From NCBI GenBank assembly GCA_010909165.1, contig MU008160.1, positions 1,798,001 through 1,862,000 of the forward strand: a stretch of 64,000 bases of DNA, written 5' to 3'. The translations under genes were made by a program, and so were the position numbers. Positions 11,535 to 24,225 of the stretch are shown here, in pieces. The first letter of the stretch is position 1; every line of letters begins with the position of its first letter. The notes below the pieces were generated by a model. The model was not told the origin of the DNA and ran no database searches. It saw only the letters and a program-made list of their open reading frames with translations. This DNA is from Anthoceros angustus. Lineage: Eukaryota; Plantae; Anthocerotophyta.

Positions 11535-14500
11535 GGATGCTACCCATTGAGTCTCGAAAGTTCCGACCCGTGAAGAGAAGACTCAAGAAGAAGACAACGC
11601 TGCGTGGAGCGAGGCTAAGGGTCGCCGAGAGCCGAGGAGAGCAAAGAAAACGTACTACCGGAGGAGCCAAGAAGCAAGCAACAGTCGCCTAGGACGATGA
11701 CCATCCTTGTCTTCCGACCTCCGTCCGAACTTGTGCTGAACTCAAAGAACTTTTGGACAGGCGCTACAGAGATCTGTTGCTAGACCAACAATCGTTGCCG
11801 GGATAGTGACGACGTCATGGCGATTTCGCCTTTTGCAATAACTACTAAGCACCATACCCACGTATGGAGAGAAGAAGGGTATGAAGATCCGACGAGTTTG
11901 TTGAACGCTTTGAGCAACTAACCATTGCAAATCGTGAACTGGGATGCAGCGATTCACTCTTCTACGGAGTTCTTCATGGAGGGCCAAGTGGTACAAGAGG
12001 GAGTACCTCAAGGCATCAAGACTCAAAGAACCTTCAACGAATCAAGAAAGCCTTTTGTGAGAGGTCTGGGGAATAGATGTAGAAGGCTACGTGTTGTCAA
12101 AGTTGGAGTTTTTGAGGAGAAGAAGGAAGGAGACCTTGCAAGCTTATGTTGAGAGGTTTCTTAACTTGCGTGATCGTAGTGGTCCTCACTCGATTTCTGT
12201 GCCATTCGGGTTTGCTAAGGGGTTAGATCCGGGCCGAGATGTGAGGCAAGCGGAGAAAGACGAGACAAGGCCATCAAGGCGGCACTCAACTACGAAGAAT
12301 CCAACTCCTTGGACAAGAAGAAGCACAAGAAGGAAAAGAGCAAGAAGAAGAAGTCCAAGCGAGGGAAGAAGGACAAGGGATCTTCGTCGAGGAGGAAACT
12401 TCGAGGAGAGTGACCTCTCAAGACTCGAGACTGGAGGACTCTTCCTGAGGATGGCAAGACGGAGGAAGAATCCTAAGACGAGAGACGCAGGAAGAAGAAG
12501 AAGGTTGGCGCTTAAGAAGAAACCGAGGCTCGAGGATCAAGGGAGCTGGCTGTAAACAAGAGGCTAGTGCTAAGAAGGAAGTGGAACAAGTCAAGAGGGA
12601 CAAGGCTGCACAAGAAGGTGCAACAAAGAAGAAATGAAGATGGAGGAAATGATGAGCAAATTGAGAAGTTTCACCTCAACGCCGTGGAAGGAGCATGAGA
12701 AGAGGAGAGCCGCATCCAAAGGCTCGGGCTAACCTGCTTTGTTCCACTTGTGGCCAGCCAGCCACACTAAGTCCAATCATGTGGCCAAGGTGCACATGCT
12801 ACGACGAGGAGGAGGAAGAGGATCGCTGGAGGATACCTACCGATCCGTGGAGGTTTCCTGGACAACAAGATTCCCCAAGACCGCCCATCCATCGATGAAT
12901 TCCATGGGGCGCATTCAGAATAACCAAGTGCCTGTGGTTGCTAAAGCAAGGGTTCGCAAATCAGAGTCATGCAAATAGCTGCTCATCAACAAGACAAAGC
13001 CAATGGTGAACGGCCGTGCCAAGACCGCAAACAATGGTGTGTAGGGAGTGTCACTTGCCCAAACCGAGGAAGACTCTCAATTGCTCAACCACCGTGAGGG
13101 TTCAAGGCATCCCAAGGAGCCGTGCGCCATGCACGTGGAGGATGCCCTTATGGTCGCTTTGGGAGGATGCGGAAGCCATGGTGTTTGGGAGCTAGATGGA
13201 CTGGGGGTGAGGAGACTACTAGGAGGTAAAAGCTAGGAGAAGAAGAAAGAGAGAGGCACCACAAAGTCCAAGAGAGCACTCCAAGCCCGGAGGGAACGGA
13301 TCTAGAGGAGACACTTGAGAAGGAGAACCCCAGAAGGAAGAATCAAGGAGTGAATCGCCTGGGGCGCCGAGAAAAGAAGTTCCAAAGAAAAGGGAGAGGA
13401 ACCCGAGTTTCCACCGGACGTCGCCGGAAGTCATGGAGATGATAGAGGAGGAATTGACCAAGACAAAATCACCGAGCTCGTGATCCCGAGACGCAGAAGT
13501 CCTCTCGTTAGCAACCGCTAAGGCGGCCGCTAAGCAACCGCCGACGTTGTTGCTAAGGGAGCAACCGCGATCGCTGGGAAGAAGGAGGGAATCGAGGACC
13601 ATTTAACCTTGAAGCCATCATGGATTTGCCATCACGCTTTGGTCAACTATTGAAGGACAACCAAGTACAACAAGTTCGAGGGCCTTGCAAGAAGCGCAAC
13701 CCAAGAGGAAGAGGCGATTGCCCAAGCCAGGACCAAGGGTGCTGACTCCTACAGTCAACCTAGTGTCCATGATAGACCAAGGGCCAGCGGAGCTGCAAGT
13801 AGAGATCGCTGGCTGCGTCATCAAGCGGGTTCCCCTGGATACTGGATCCGAGGTGAACATCATGACGGAAGCAATAGCAAGGAAGCTTGGGTTGGACATT
13901 GAGCATACCACAAAGGTGCTGAGATTGGCTGACATGTCAAAAATGCAGCCTGTGGGAGAACTGAAGGGAGTAACCACCATCATAGGGACCATTCCTATCT
14001 CATGGACTATGTGGTTATCCAAAGACAAGGCGCCTGTGTACGACATCCTATTGGGAAGGACCGTCAGATGGCTCAAGATGCAAGATGACTTGGGGAGGAA
14101 GGAAGTAAGCCAATGGATTGGGACCCCAAGACGAAGGAGGCGAATTTGTTTGAGTTGGAGCAGGATACCACCGTGGGGAGACTCCTACAACGGAAGGATA
14201 CACATTGGAGAAACATCGACTGGAGGAAGAAGGAGGGAACGGACAAATTTTGCACATATCGCATGGTCGATGAGGAGGAAGAGTATAGGAGGGATATCCC
14301 TTACTCCCTCAATTTGGTGGACCGCTTTGGTTCATGGAGGACTGCATCAGGAGAGCCGACAAGAACCACGAAGCACAGGCGTTGCTAAAGCAACACACTC
14401 AACAAAGGTTGCTAAGGGGATCGAGGACAACAAGAAGCCGAAGAGGGTGAGCCGTGGATCATTCGATTCACCTCGAGGACCTATTTAGGGAGTGGGGATG

Positions 14501-17165
14501 AGGGAAGAGGACCTGAACCGGAGGAAGGGTTTGGTGAGAGTTCAGCACCCGTGGAGCGAGAATGGGTACAAGCGACGAGATTAAGGATGTGGAGGTATTG
14601 CGAAGGTGCTGAAGTTTGCACGATGGAACCAGCGAAGAAGGAATGAAACAGCCCTCCGAGTTCATCGACGGTTTTTCGAGGTGATGATATGAAGGGATTC
14701 CCAAGAAGTGGGGAGCATAGGATCGATTTGGAGCCGTGGAGCGACTCCCTGCGAATTCCCAATACAAGCTGAACCCAAAGTACTCATCAAGGTGAAGGAG
14801 CAATTGAATTGTACTTGAAGGCGACGCCATCTATCCAATCGTCAACAGAGTGGGTGGCTCCGATCGGGTTCAAGAAGCACCGGAAAGATTCGAGTATGCC
14901 AAGACGGAGGAAGCTCAACAAAGCAACCAAGAAGGACCATTTCCTCGCCATTCATCGACAACATCCCGGATTTGGTCGGAAGATGTGTGTACTGCTTGAC
15001 TGCACGGGGTACAATCACCGTGCACTTGAGGAGAGTGACCCCTTCACAACGGATTGGGGACCTTCATAAGAGGAGTGCGTCGGATTGACGGAGCGCTTCC
15101 TTCATGCGAGCATGGTTGAGATCTTCAAGGAGTATCTCCACAAGTTCATGGAGGTATTCCTAGATGATTTTGTGTGTTTGGGAGTGTGGAGGAGCACCGG
15201 ATCACTTGCGGCGGTGCTTGGCAGGTGTCGTGAAACTCAACTTTGCCTACATCCCGAGAAATGCTACTTTGGCATGCGGAGGGATTTTGTTGGGGCACGA
15301 ATTTCAGACGAGGCATCAAGTTGATCCGCAAGGTGAAGATGATTGTTGCCCGAAGCTCCAACAACTCTCAAGGAACTCGGGGTTCCTTGGCATGGTGGGC
15401 TACTACACGCTTTGTGCCTAACTTTGCTAGGAGGGCGCTCCGACCAGCTTGTTGAGGAAGGACCAAGAGTGGACCGACACCGAGAGGAGGCAAGATTTCA
15501 AGATTTGAGGACCACGTTGGTAACAACCCTCAAGGGACCGGATTGGAGCAAGAAGTTCCATGTTTACGTGGATGTTTCCGCCGCCATTGGTATGCCTTGA
15601 GCCGGATGACAAGAAGAGGGACTACCCAATCTACTACGGACGGCAACTCACCGATGCGGAGCGCAAGTACACAACAACCGAAAGGGAAGCCCTTGGGATG
15701 GTGTATTCAAGAAAAGTTTCGCCATTATCTCCTCTCCTATGAGTTTGTGTTCCATGTTGACCATTTTGCTCTCAAGCATCTTGTCAACAAGGCGGATCTT
15801 CGTCGCATAGCTCGTTGGATCTGCTGTAAGAGTTCACCTTCACGGTGGAGACACGTGAGGGGAAGAAGCATGTGAATGCCGACTACTTGTCTCGCTTGAA
15901 GACGGAGAAGGTGGAGCATGATCAAGAAGATCATTTTCGGATGAAGCTTTGCCGGAGGAGGATGAGGAGAGTGCTAGGCCCAATGCCAAGTTGATCGGAA
16001 ACGGAGGTACAGCACCAAATGAGAAGGGAGGGAGAAGTTTGTGCCACCCCTATGAGGAGGTCTTTCGCTTTTAGCAACGGGGTCGATAAAGACGTCACAA
16101 CAAAGAATGAGGTTGTTCTATACTTCTCCGCACTGCGGGACAAGCCGCATGGTAGGGCCGATGGAGTTGAGAGGTTGTGGGTCAAGGATGGTCAAAAGGA
16201 CCGGGTTCTCGCCCTTGCATGAGGAGGAGGCCGGAGGTCACTACGCTACCAACGTGACTGTAAGAAGATCTGAGGTGGTATTGGTGGCCAACCTTGCATA
16301 GATGCTAGGGAGTTCATCAAGCTGTTGTGATGCATGTCAAAGGGTTGGGAAGCCAACCAGACCACACAAAGGGCCATTGGTCCCTATCCTAGCCTTGGCG
16401 CCTTTGAGAAGTGGGGATTGACTTCACCGATTCAACCCAAGACCAAGGGGAGCCAACCAATATATTCGTAGCAACGGACTCTGCACGCATGGTGGAAGCT
16501 CAAGCCTTGCCGTGGACACGAAATGTGGTGGCTGTGTTCTTGTTTGAGCATATCATCACAAGGTACGGTCGTTGGTTGTGGCTGGGTACCCATTTCATCA
16601 ACGAGGTGATCTCACACATGGTGAAGTATTTCAACATCAGCCACGGAAGACCACCCCTACAACCCCAAGGCGAATGGACTCACGGAGAAAGCTAATGGTT
16701 GTTTTGATCCTCAACAAGTTAACCATCACTACACTACGATTGGGACCGAAGCTTCACTGGCAGGGGACAGATGGAGAAGGTGACCACACAATGACTCCCT
16801 ACTACCTCACCTATGGGCATTCACCACCATGCCCATTGAGTTTGAAGTGCCAACGTTGAGAGTCCAAGAGCATAAGAGGATGACGGTGGAGGAGAGCCAT
16901 TGGAGAGGCTCATAGGCTTTGTTCAAGACATGGAGAAGGAACAAGCACATGTAACGCCAAGGGAAGAGGAAGGAATGGCATGACCTAAGTTGCAAAAACA
17001 AGAGTACGTTGTTCCGGGACTTGGCGCTATGACACAGTACATGCACTTCGAAGTCGCATCTTAGATGGATGGGTCCTGGTGCCGCAAGTGTTCGACAATG
17101 GATCCACACACCGCACAACTTGACTCGCTAACCAGGTCAATGGTTGGCGCGTGAAGAAGTATTAA
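11535..17165 (+). pseudogene. Gypsy gag-pol polyprotein (many small indels)
   Basis: Protease LDTGSEVN at ~13835. RT VFLDDF at ~15157. RNase H HVYVD...LTDAERKYTTTEREAL...FHVDH. Integrase H...GGHY and (W)GIDF at ~16411. Ends VNGWRVKKY-stop with no chromodomain. Confidence 0.9.
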
Positions 17166-17188
17166 ATAAGTTGGCGGGACGCCAACAA

Positions 17189-17203
17189 ATGAGAAGGGGA
17201 GTA
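17189..17203 (+). promoter_or_regulatory. Polypurine tract
   Basis: ATGAGAAGGGGAGTA lies immediately before the TGTGG start of the 3' LTR. Confidence 0.8.
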
Positions 17204-18311
17204 TGTGGTGACCACATGGGTACTGCACTCTAAAGGAGTTTTTTTTTTGTTTTGTGTTTAAGTTGTGAGAATCGTGGAGTTGGAATGTGAAGTAGGTTAG
17301 GAAATAAGAAAAGTCTACTAGAGCCTAGTAGGAGGAAGAGAGTCTAGTCCCGATCCCGGATGTAACCTTGGAGGGTTGGCTGCTCGACCGTTGCTAACGC
17401 TGTTGCTAGGGCTGCTGTTATGTGACCGTTGACAAACCGACGGGAGCCTGCTATGGTAGCAACCAAGTGGAGTTATTTTCCGATAAATTTGGAAAACCTA
17501 ATTGAGCGAAATCATTGGAAATACCCAACGGAAGTAACGGGGTCCTAGCAATTAAGTCCGGGAAGAAGGGTATTTGAAACGAGTCCAAGACGGCCACGCT
17601 CAAGCTCGAGCGTGACGGAGACGGGGCGCCGGAGACAGCCGGGCGAGTCGCGACGGTGTGCAAGCACGGGCGATGGGCGACAGCCGGAGGATGCGCGGTC
17701 CGGGAGCAGAGGCAAGCGCGGCAGGAGGGGAAGGAGCCAGAGAGCGGCGTGGAGAGCTCGGAGCGCGTGGGCGCACGGAGCAGGCAAGGAAGGTGTGGCG
17801 AGCGCCAACAGTGGGAGAATCGGCGGAGAAGGCGGGTGGGCGGGCAGGCTGCGCCGGAAGGAGCAGGAAGAGTGAGCGGCGGGTGGCCGCAGAGGAAGAG
17901 GGAGGCGAGTGGGCGGGGAAGGTGGCGCACAGAGGAGCGCAAGACAAGAGGAGCGGAGGGTCAGAGGGGTCAGGGCTGCCAGTATGCCGAAAGAGTAAGT
18001 GGGTTGAGGGCAAAATCGGGACGAGGGAGGTCGAGCGGAGGGTAGCGCTTGGGGGGTCGCCAATCGTGGTTGCGTGATACACGACCTCACCTGAGGAGGA
18101 AGGCAGGCCGGCGAGGGGCAAGGCATGAGAAAGGATGTGAGGGGAGAGGGGTGCGGTGTCACCGGACAAAAACGGGCTGAAGATGGGTCAGGAATCGAAT
18201 AAAGGGCCGTGACGCATCCGGAGGAATCCAGGACACGCCATCGTGGAGTTGAAGCCGGAAGTGCGGGAATTTGCCGCCGGAGCTCGACTGTAAGTCGGCT
18301 CAGGAGACGAC

Positions 18312-20266
18312 ATGGCCCCTAAGAAGACCACTCCGGTGGCCATTGAGGCCATTACCATCGCTCAATGGCCCAACATGGGGCAATCGGAGAGTGAAGCGGT
18401 CTTGGTGGCTAAGCATCACTTGTCCTTCATGGACAAAAAGTGGTGCTACAATAGCCTAATTGGTTGGGAGTGCAGGCACATGAGGGAGAAGGCCATGGGA
18501 AGGCAACACGAGAACCAACCCCGCACTGGAATATTCTTGTTCCAGTCTATGAGAGGCTCAAGAGGAATGTGGTGGAATAATCATTGATCCTTTCGTGAAG
18601 CCATCTCCCAAAAGTCGCAGGAGGCAAGCCGCCATTCACATTGTCTAGGGTGGAGAATGGCCGGGTCACCAACAAATTAGACCGAGGCCGGATTAGCCAG
18701 TGGATCCTGTGCTCTCACTCACTAAGAAGCTAGAGCACATTGTCGACCATTTCTTGTCTTTCTATGAGGTGGTGAGAGGGTCCAAGATAGATTGGGCTAG
18801 GATGTTCTATGACACAAGATGCGTGGAGAGGGACCACTTGACCCTACCATCACCTAGCCCCTCACCCTATCTCCCTTCTTAATCCACATTTTTGACCATG
18901 CCAAGTTGCCGGAGGGATAGATGGTCTCACCTTCCATGCCCGGAGGCCGTGTTTGAAAGAAGGAAGCCCAAAGAGGAGTCGAGGAAGAGGCCATCTCCGT
19001 GGCACCGGGAGTGAAGATGAGAAGTCCAAGTGTCCATGAAGAGGAATGTGGCGCTTGCTAAGGCATCACCATGGCTAACAAAGCAACCGGAGTTGCTAAG
19101 ACCCCAACAGCACCAAGAGAGGTCGGGCCGAGCAACAGGGACTCCAACCACTCCTAGAGCCACAAGAGCACGACTGGGAACTCACCGGAGAGGATAAAGG
19201 AAAGGCCAGGCAGCACTGGGCTCAGAGGAGCCCGTGGCTGGGAAGCCACAGTCAACAGAGGAATCGCCCAACCTTGGGCACCGAGAATCCGAGAAAGTCA
19301 CTACTGCTCAAAGGTGACCTCAAGTATACCCAAGTGGTCGCAGGGAGAGCCGCGCCAGATAGGAAGGAGGGAACCCATCCCGAAGGTTTGGGGCCTAACA
19401 TCACCCGCAAGAGCCGGTCTCATGGCACGCACTAGGTGAGATGGAGGACCGATAGCTCGGTCCTCTCTTTGTTAGGTTTACAGCAAAGGGAACAGGGAGA
19501 GGAGGGAGCTCCAGGAATGAAGGAGAAGGAGGTCTTGAGGGACGCCTAGGTAGCATGGAAGCGGAATTAAGGAAGGTCCGAGAAGAGTTGCGGAAGACCA
19601 AGGATCAGAAACCCTCATGGTTCATCGGACGCAAAGCACCATAGGGGAGCCGCAGAATGTCATCTCGAGATGCAAGTTCAGCCGAAACTCGGATGCCGGG
19701 CGCCACAAGAAGGAGAGGGACGAGGCAAGGAAAGGTTGGAAAGAGGCCAAGAGGGCTGTGGATTGCAAGGAGAGCCACCGTGGAAGATGCGGAGCCTCCC
19801 ATGGAAGAATCTGTCGAGTTGGCAAATGAGGAGGTTACAAGCAACCGCCCCGCTAAGGAAGCACACTGCACTGCTAAGGGAGCAACAGCTCCAAGACCGA
19901 GCTACAACAAGGAAGAAGGGGCAACAGAAGACCGGAGGAGGACAACAGCTGTGGGGAGCGGGTAAGCACCGCCTAAGAAGTCTAACTTCCCAATGGTGCA
20001 TTAGATTGAGGGATGCTTATCAAGATAACCATGTGCCCGGATTCTCCTTGGCTGGAGAGAAGATTGTCTCCGAAAGTTTATGTTGTTGTGGGCAGGGGGA
20101 CATGGAGGTACTTGATCCATGCCTTGACGGCACCGGATCCTACCTATGGGTTGGATTCTTAAGGAGGAAACTCTCACCGACCCATCCAGATTCAAGAGCT
20201 CACCGAGGAGGAGTACTGGACTATGCGGCGAGCACAAGAGAGAGAGGAGTCCAGCTGAGGAGGTAG
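18312..20266 (+). pseudogene. LTR-internal accessory ORF, 3' LTR copy (frameshifted)
   Basis: Starts MAPKKTT at 18312. Includes HFLSFYEVVRGSKIDWARMFYD...PSPYL. Ends ...IQELTEEEYWTMRRAQERGVQLRR-stop at 20266. Confidence 0.65.
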
Positions 20267-21680
20267 AGATTTTATGGGAGAGATTGCCCAACCAGCCAAG
20301 AGGGAGGAGAGCAAGAGGAGAACATGGGGCTAGGGCGGCCTAGGAGGCCTGTGAGAGGTAATAGGGGTGGCCTCAAATAGCTAAAGGCCCATGTGTTATA
20401 GATCAAATCTTATCCTCTCTCATAGTGGATGAATTGATAGATAGGCCTCTAGGATTGGTAGGCTAAGACCGATTGGTATTTTTGGCAAGCGCCCAAGCCG
20501 CTTTTGTGGGTGATCTTGGGTATAAGAGGCACCTCTTGATGAAATGTAAGCAATGTTGGCCTAAGGTCTTGGTGTTTGGGGCGAGCACGGGGTTTGGGAG
20601 TACCAGATCCAAAGGTCAAGTCTAGACACTGCCTCTTGTCACAGAGAGCAAGAAGACCACTGTTTAGATCCGTGTGGCCGATCCGCAAGAGTGGTGGAAA
20701 GCAAGGGGGAGCCTTGAGGTCTCCTTGGAGGGAGTCCAAGGTCAAGAGGAAGGGGTTGTGAAGCCGGGAGGCTGTCCACTTTCCTCCCTCTGCCTAGTCT
20801 AGTACTCACCTTGTGTTTGAGTTTTCGTGTGGAGATTTGGTGTTTGGAAAATGAGAGACAAGTGAACTGAGAGAAGTGGAGAATGGACATGGAGAGTTGC
20901 TGATCTGTTTGAGAGGAGTAAGAAGGACTGGAGAAGTCTGTAAGTGATGTTTGTGTTGAAGAAGAGAGGAGTCCAGCTGAGGAGGTAGAGATTTTATGGG
21001 AGAGATTGCCCAACCAGCCAAGAGGGAGGAGAGCAAGAGGAGAACATGGGGCTAGGCCTAGGAGGCCTGTGAGAGGTAATAGGGGTAAGTGGCCTGAAAT
21101 AGCTAAAGGCCCATGTGTTATAGATCAAATCTTATCCTCTCTCATAGTGGGAATTGATAGATAGGCCTCTAGGATTGGTAGGCTAAGACCGATTGGTATT
21201 TTTGGCAAGCAGCCGCTTTTGTGATCTTGGGTATAAGAGGCCTCTTGATGAAATGTAAGCAATGTTGGCCTAAGTCTTGGTGTTTAATGAGCACGGGGTT
21301 TGGGAGGGTTCGATCCGCGTAAGTCTAGGCACTGCCTCTGTCACAGGAGAAGACTACTGTTGCCCAGATCCGTGTGGCCGATCCGCAAGAGTGGTGGAAA
21401 GCAAGGGGGAGCCTTGAGGTCTCCTTGGAGGGAGTCCTCAAGGTCAAGAGGAAGGGGTTGTGAAGCCGGGAGGCTGTCTCCTCTTACTCATTCTCTGCTA
21501 GTTGTCTAGTACTCACCTTGTGTTTGAGTGTGTGTTGGAGATTTGGTGTTTGGAAAATGAGAGGAAAAGTGAACTGAGAGAAGTGGAGAATGGACATGGA
21601 GAGTTGATTGGCTGTTTGAGAGGAGTAAGAAGGACTGGAGAAGTCTGTAAGTGATGTTTGTGTTGAAGAAGAGAGTGTGA
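20246..21680. repeat. ~715-bp tandem duplication within the 3' LTR only
   Basis: GAGAGGAGTCCAGCTGAGGAGGTAGAGATTTTATGGG occurs at ~20246 and ~20965. The 5' LTR has this block once. Confidence 0.85.
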
Positions 21681-22409
21681 GTGGAGGTTGAAGATCCCGT
21701 GAGTGGATGAGATGGAATGATGAGTGAGTGAACAAGTATTTTGAGAGTTGGTGAAGGCTGTAAGGTCTGGATGAGAACCTTGTAAGGACTGGAGAGGCGT
21801 GAGTGGAAGTGGAGATTGAATGGGCGTGAGGTGTGAGAACAAGGAGAGTTGAAGAGAGTCAGGGGAAACTTGGAGAGTGGGGAGGCTGAGAGGCACCTCA
21901 AGGGGCTGAGAGCGGAGAGGTCTGTGGAGCTGGAAGGTGAGCTGAAAGGCTGGAGAGGGGCAAGGAAGTCTCAAGAAGTGCCGCAAGAGTGAGGGAAAGT
22001 TATGGAGCAGAATCCGATTGGTGGATCTAACTTTGTGGATGAATAAGAGAGAGAGAGAGAGAGAGATCAGCCTTATCCACTTGGATCCCGACCGGGACCC
22101 ACCTTCTATTAATAGCCGACTGATCCCAAGGTGGACCCTCCGCTAGAAATAGAGGGGTTGCTAAGTTAGCAACCGGTCCCGCTGTCGGGTAGCATCGGTC
22201 GCGTGGCTAAGATAGCCATGTGTCCGAGTGTTGTTAGGGTAGTAGCGTCAGAATCGCTAGATGTTTGACGTGTCGTGTTGGTTGGATTGGCTATGTTTTG
22301 GTTGTCTTGACACGAAATCACTCCCTTGGGTACGAATCTCAAGTCTACAACGATAAAGAGGGTAAATGTGGCCTCTTTGTGACCACTTGGTTTAGAAAAT
22401 CACTCCACA

Positions 22410-23850
22410 CATGCTGGGAGCAGTCTGGTTCACGTCGGCACGTAAGTCGTACTTCAACCCATCGATGAATTGTTCGATCTTCGGTTCTTCGTCCAAGCGG
22501 GGCATATCCAAGGTAAGCTGCAGAAACTTGTCGCAATATTCCTGAACCGTACCTTGCTGTTGTATTTTCCAGAATTAATGGTAGAGTTCTCTCCGATGGT
22601 TAACAGGTAAGAAGTGTTTGAGGAATGTCTGACGGAAGGAGGGCCAAGTGTAGATTGGCATCTCCATTCCTAGTTCCACCTGCTTCTCCCTTTGCCTCCA
22701 CCACCTGTAGGCATAACCCTCCAGAGACATCACGAAGAATTGGATTTTCTGCTGATCGTCCTTCTCTGTCGCATTCAGGTACTTGTCCAGTTTATCTAGC
22801 CAATCGTGTACTGCCTGGGCATCCTTCTCATTCCCATTGAATGTGGTTGTCCTGATCTTCCTTGCGATCATTGTCTGTCGTATGATGATGCGTCGCCGTC
22901 TCCGACTCGATTTGCTCGGTATGCCTTTCCCATGCTTCCAGTGTTCGTGCTCGAGGAGCCTAGGCGTCGGACCGGGGCCTTGATATCCTTGTTTTGCATT
23001 CCCCAGGTAAGAGTTCTACCACCAGCCTTCGTAGAGTTTCCTCCTCCATGCTCCGTACTGGTCCCGTGGGTTCCGCGGACGTCGTCTTCTCCGCATCTGA
23101 TTGGCGCAGTGTGTCTGTGTAGGGGTGACCGCATCGCGTGTTGGCGGGCCAGACCGGCCAGCGCCAAAGACCGCCGCATCCGGCAAGAGGTGTCGAAATT
23201 GTGTGGCGCTGGTGTGGGCCGGGGCTTGGCAGGGACTGCTCTAAGGCTTGTAGCACACCACTCAGCTGTCATTCCAGACGTGTTTGGCCCTCTTCGGCAG
23301 GTCTACTCGATCAAAGGTCGCTCCATAGCTTTGCATCCGGTGTCCCTGTGAGACTAATGTCTCGGACACCGTAGGTCCTCTCCAAGTTTGCGGTGCGTTC
23401 TTGGTAGCACGGAGGCCTCAGCGGTGTGTGTGATGTGTCCCCATTGCAAGATTGGTGTTGCGAAGACCCGGCTCCTCCATTGGTGCGTGGAGCCGATTTT
23501 CTTCACCCCCTGGCGTGGATTGGCTCGGTGGTGTACTGCTGCCCAAAAGGCGCTCGGGTCGTTGAGCTCCTCGTAATCGCGCCACCTCCGCTTGGGATTG
23601 ACGCCGTTGGGCCAATTTCTGGCATCTCCTCGCCTCGGTTTCCCTCCCGGGTCCCAAGATCTGCAATCCGGTCAGCCTTCCATGATTAGCTAAGGTGGGT
23701 GCTTGCCTACCTCTCCGGGCGCACTCGCCGATTCCCCAGGCAGACTGCCTCGGCCATAGAGATCCGCTCTCCATCATGCGTGGTGAGACGTGGTCACTCA
23801 TGTTTGGTCACGCGCAAGGATTCCGGCGCAGGATCCGCCCATGTAATTGA
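22410..23850 (-). pseudogene. Gag (retrotransposon gag domain) of the outer Ty3/Gypsy element, interrupted at 22410
   Basis: ORF 22575..22871(-) reads TFNGNEKDAQAVHDWLDKLDKYL...SLEGYAYRWW...TWPSFRQTFLKHF, then QGTVQEYCDKF...QFIDGLKYDLRADV. Confidence 0.85.
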
Positions 23851-23984
23851 GGGCTCGATATCAATGCAACACTCCACGGGCTTGGTCGGCTCCGGAGGTT
23901 GTGTCGAGTCTAGAATGGCCGTGTTCTTTCACGATTTGTGGGTACATAAGGGCTTGGCTGCTCGCCAAGAACCCTTGCAGATAT

Positions 23985-24225
23985 CGCTCTGTACTACACG
24001 AGGTTCTTTTACACGCTTTCACACCGTCTAATTTCTTAGTTACGTATTTACCTAATTATGCATATACGCGTTATTACGGATCCCATTCCGTTGGTACTTG
24101 ACGTACCATTCGGGACGAGGTTTGAGTGGGTACCCGTTTTCTGAATACCTAGCCGGGTTCATGAGCGGTGTCGCGGCTTCGTGTCCCGAGTCTGTCTGGA
24201 TCCAAGCTGGTCACCTGTTGTGACA
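23985..24225 (-). repeat. Short 5' LTR and degenerate tRNA-Met PBS of the outer element
   Basis: On the minus strand it starts TGTCACAACAGG at 24225, where GC-rich TE sequence abruptly meets AT-rich flank. TAGTACAGAGC (~23986-23996) resembles TGGTATCAGAGC. The partner LTR is not in the window. Confidence 0.5.

Larger units (their letters stand above)
5289..22409 (+). mobile_element. Ty3/Gypsy non-chromovirus (Athila/Tat-, Phygy- or Selgy-like) LTR retrotransposon, near full length, rearranged 5' end
   Basis: LTRs with TGTGG...CCACA termini, PBS, gag-PR-RT-RH-INT order, PPT and no chromodomain. The flanks rejoin into one gag reading frame with duplicated CATG. Confidence 0.9.
17204..22409 (+). 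repeat. 3' LTR (~5.2 kb including a ~0.7-kb internal duplication)
   Basis: Same termini and collinear sequence as 6594..11449. Confidence 0.9.

Noticed and set aside
17450-18170. Several 130-205-aa ORFs in the 3' LTR start
   Set aside because: Low-complexity purine-rich LTR sequence, not conserved as ORFs in the 5' LTR copy.
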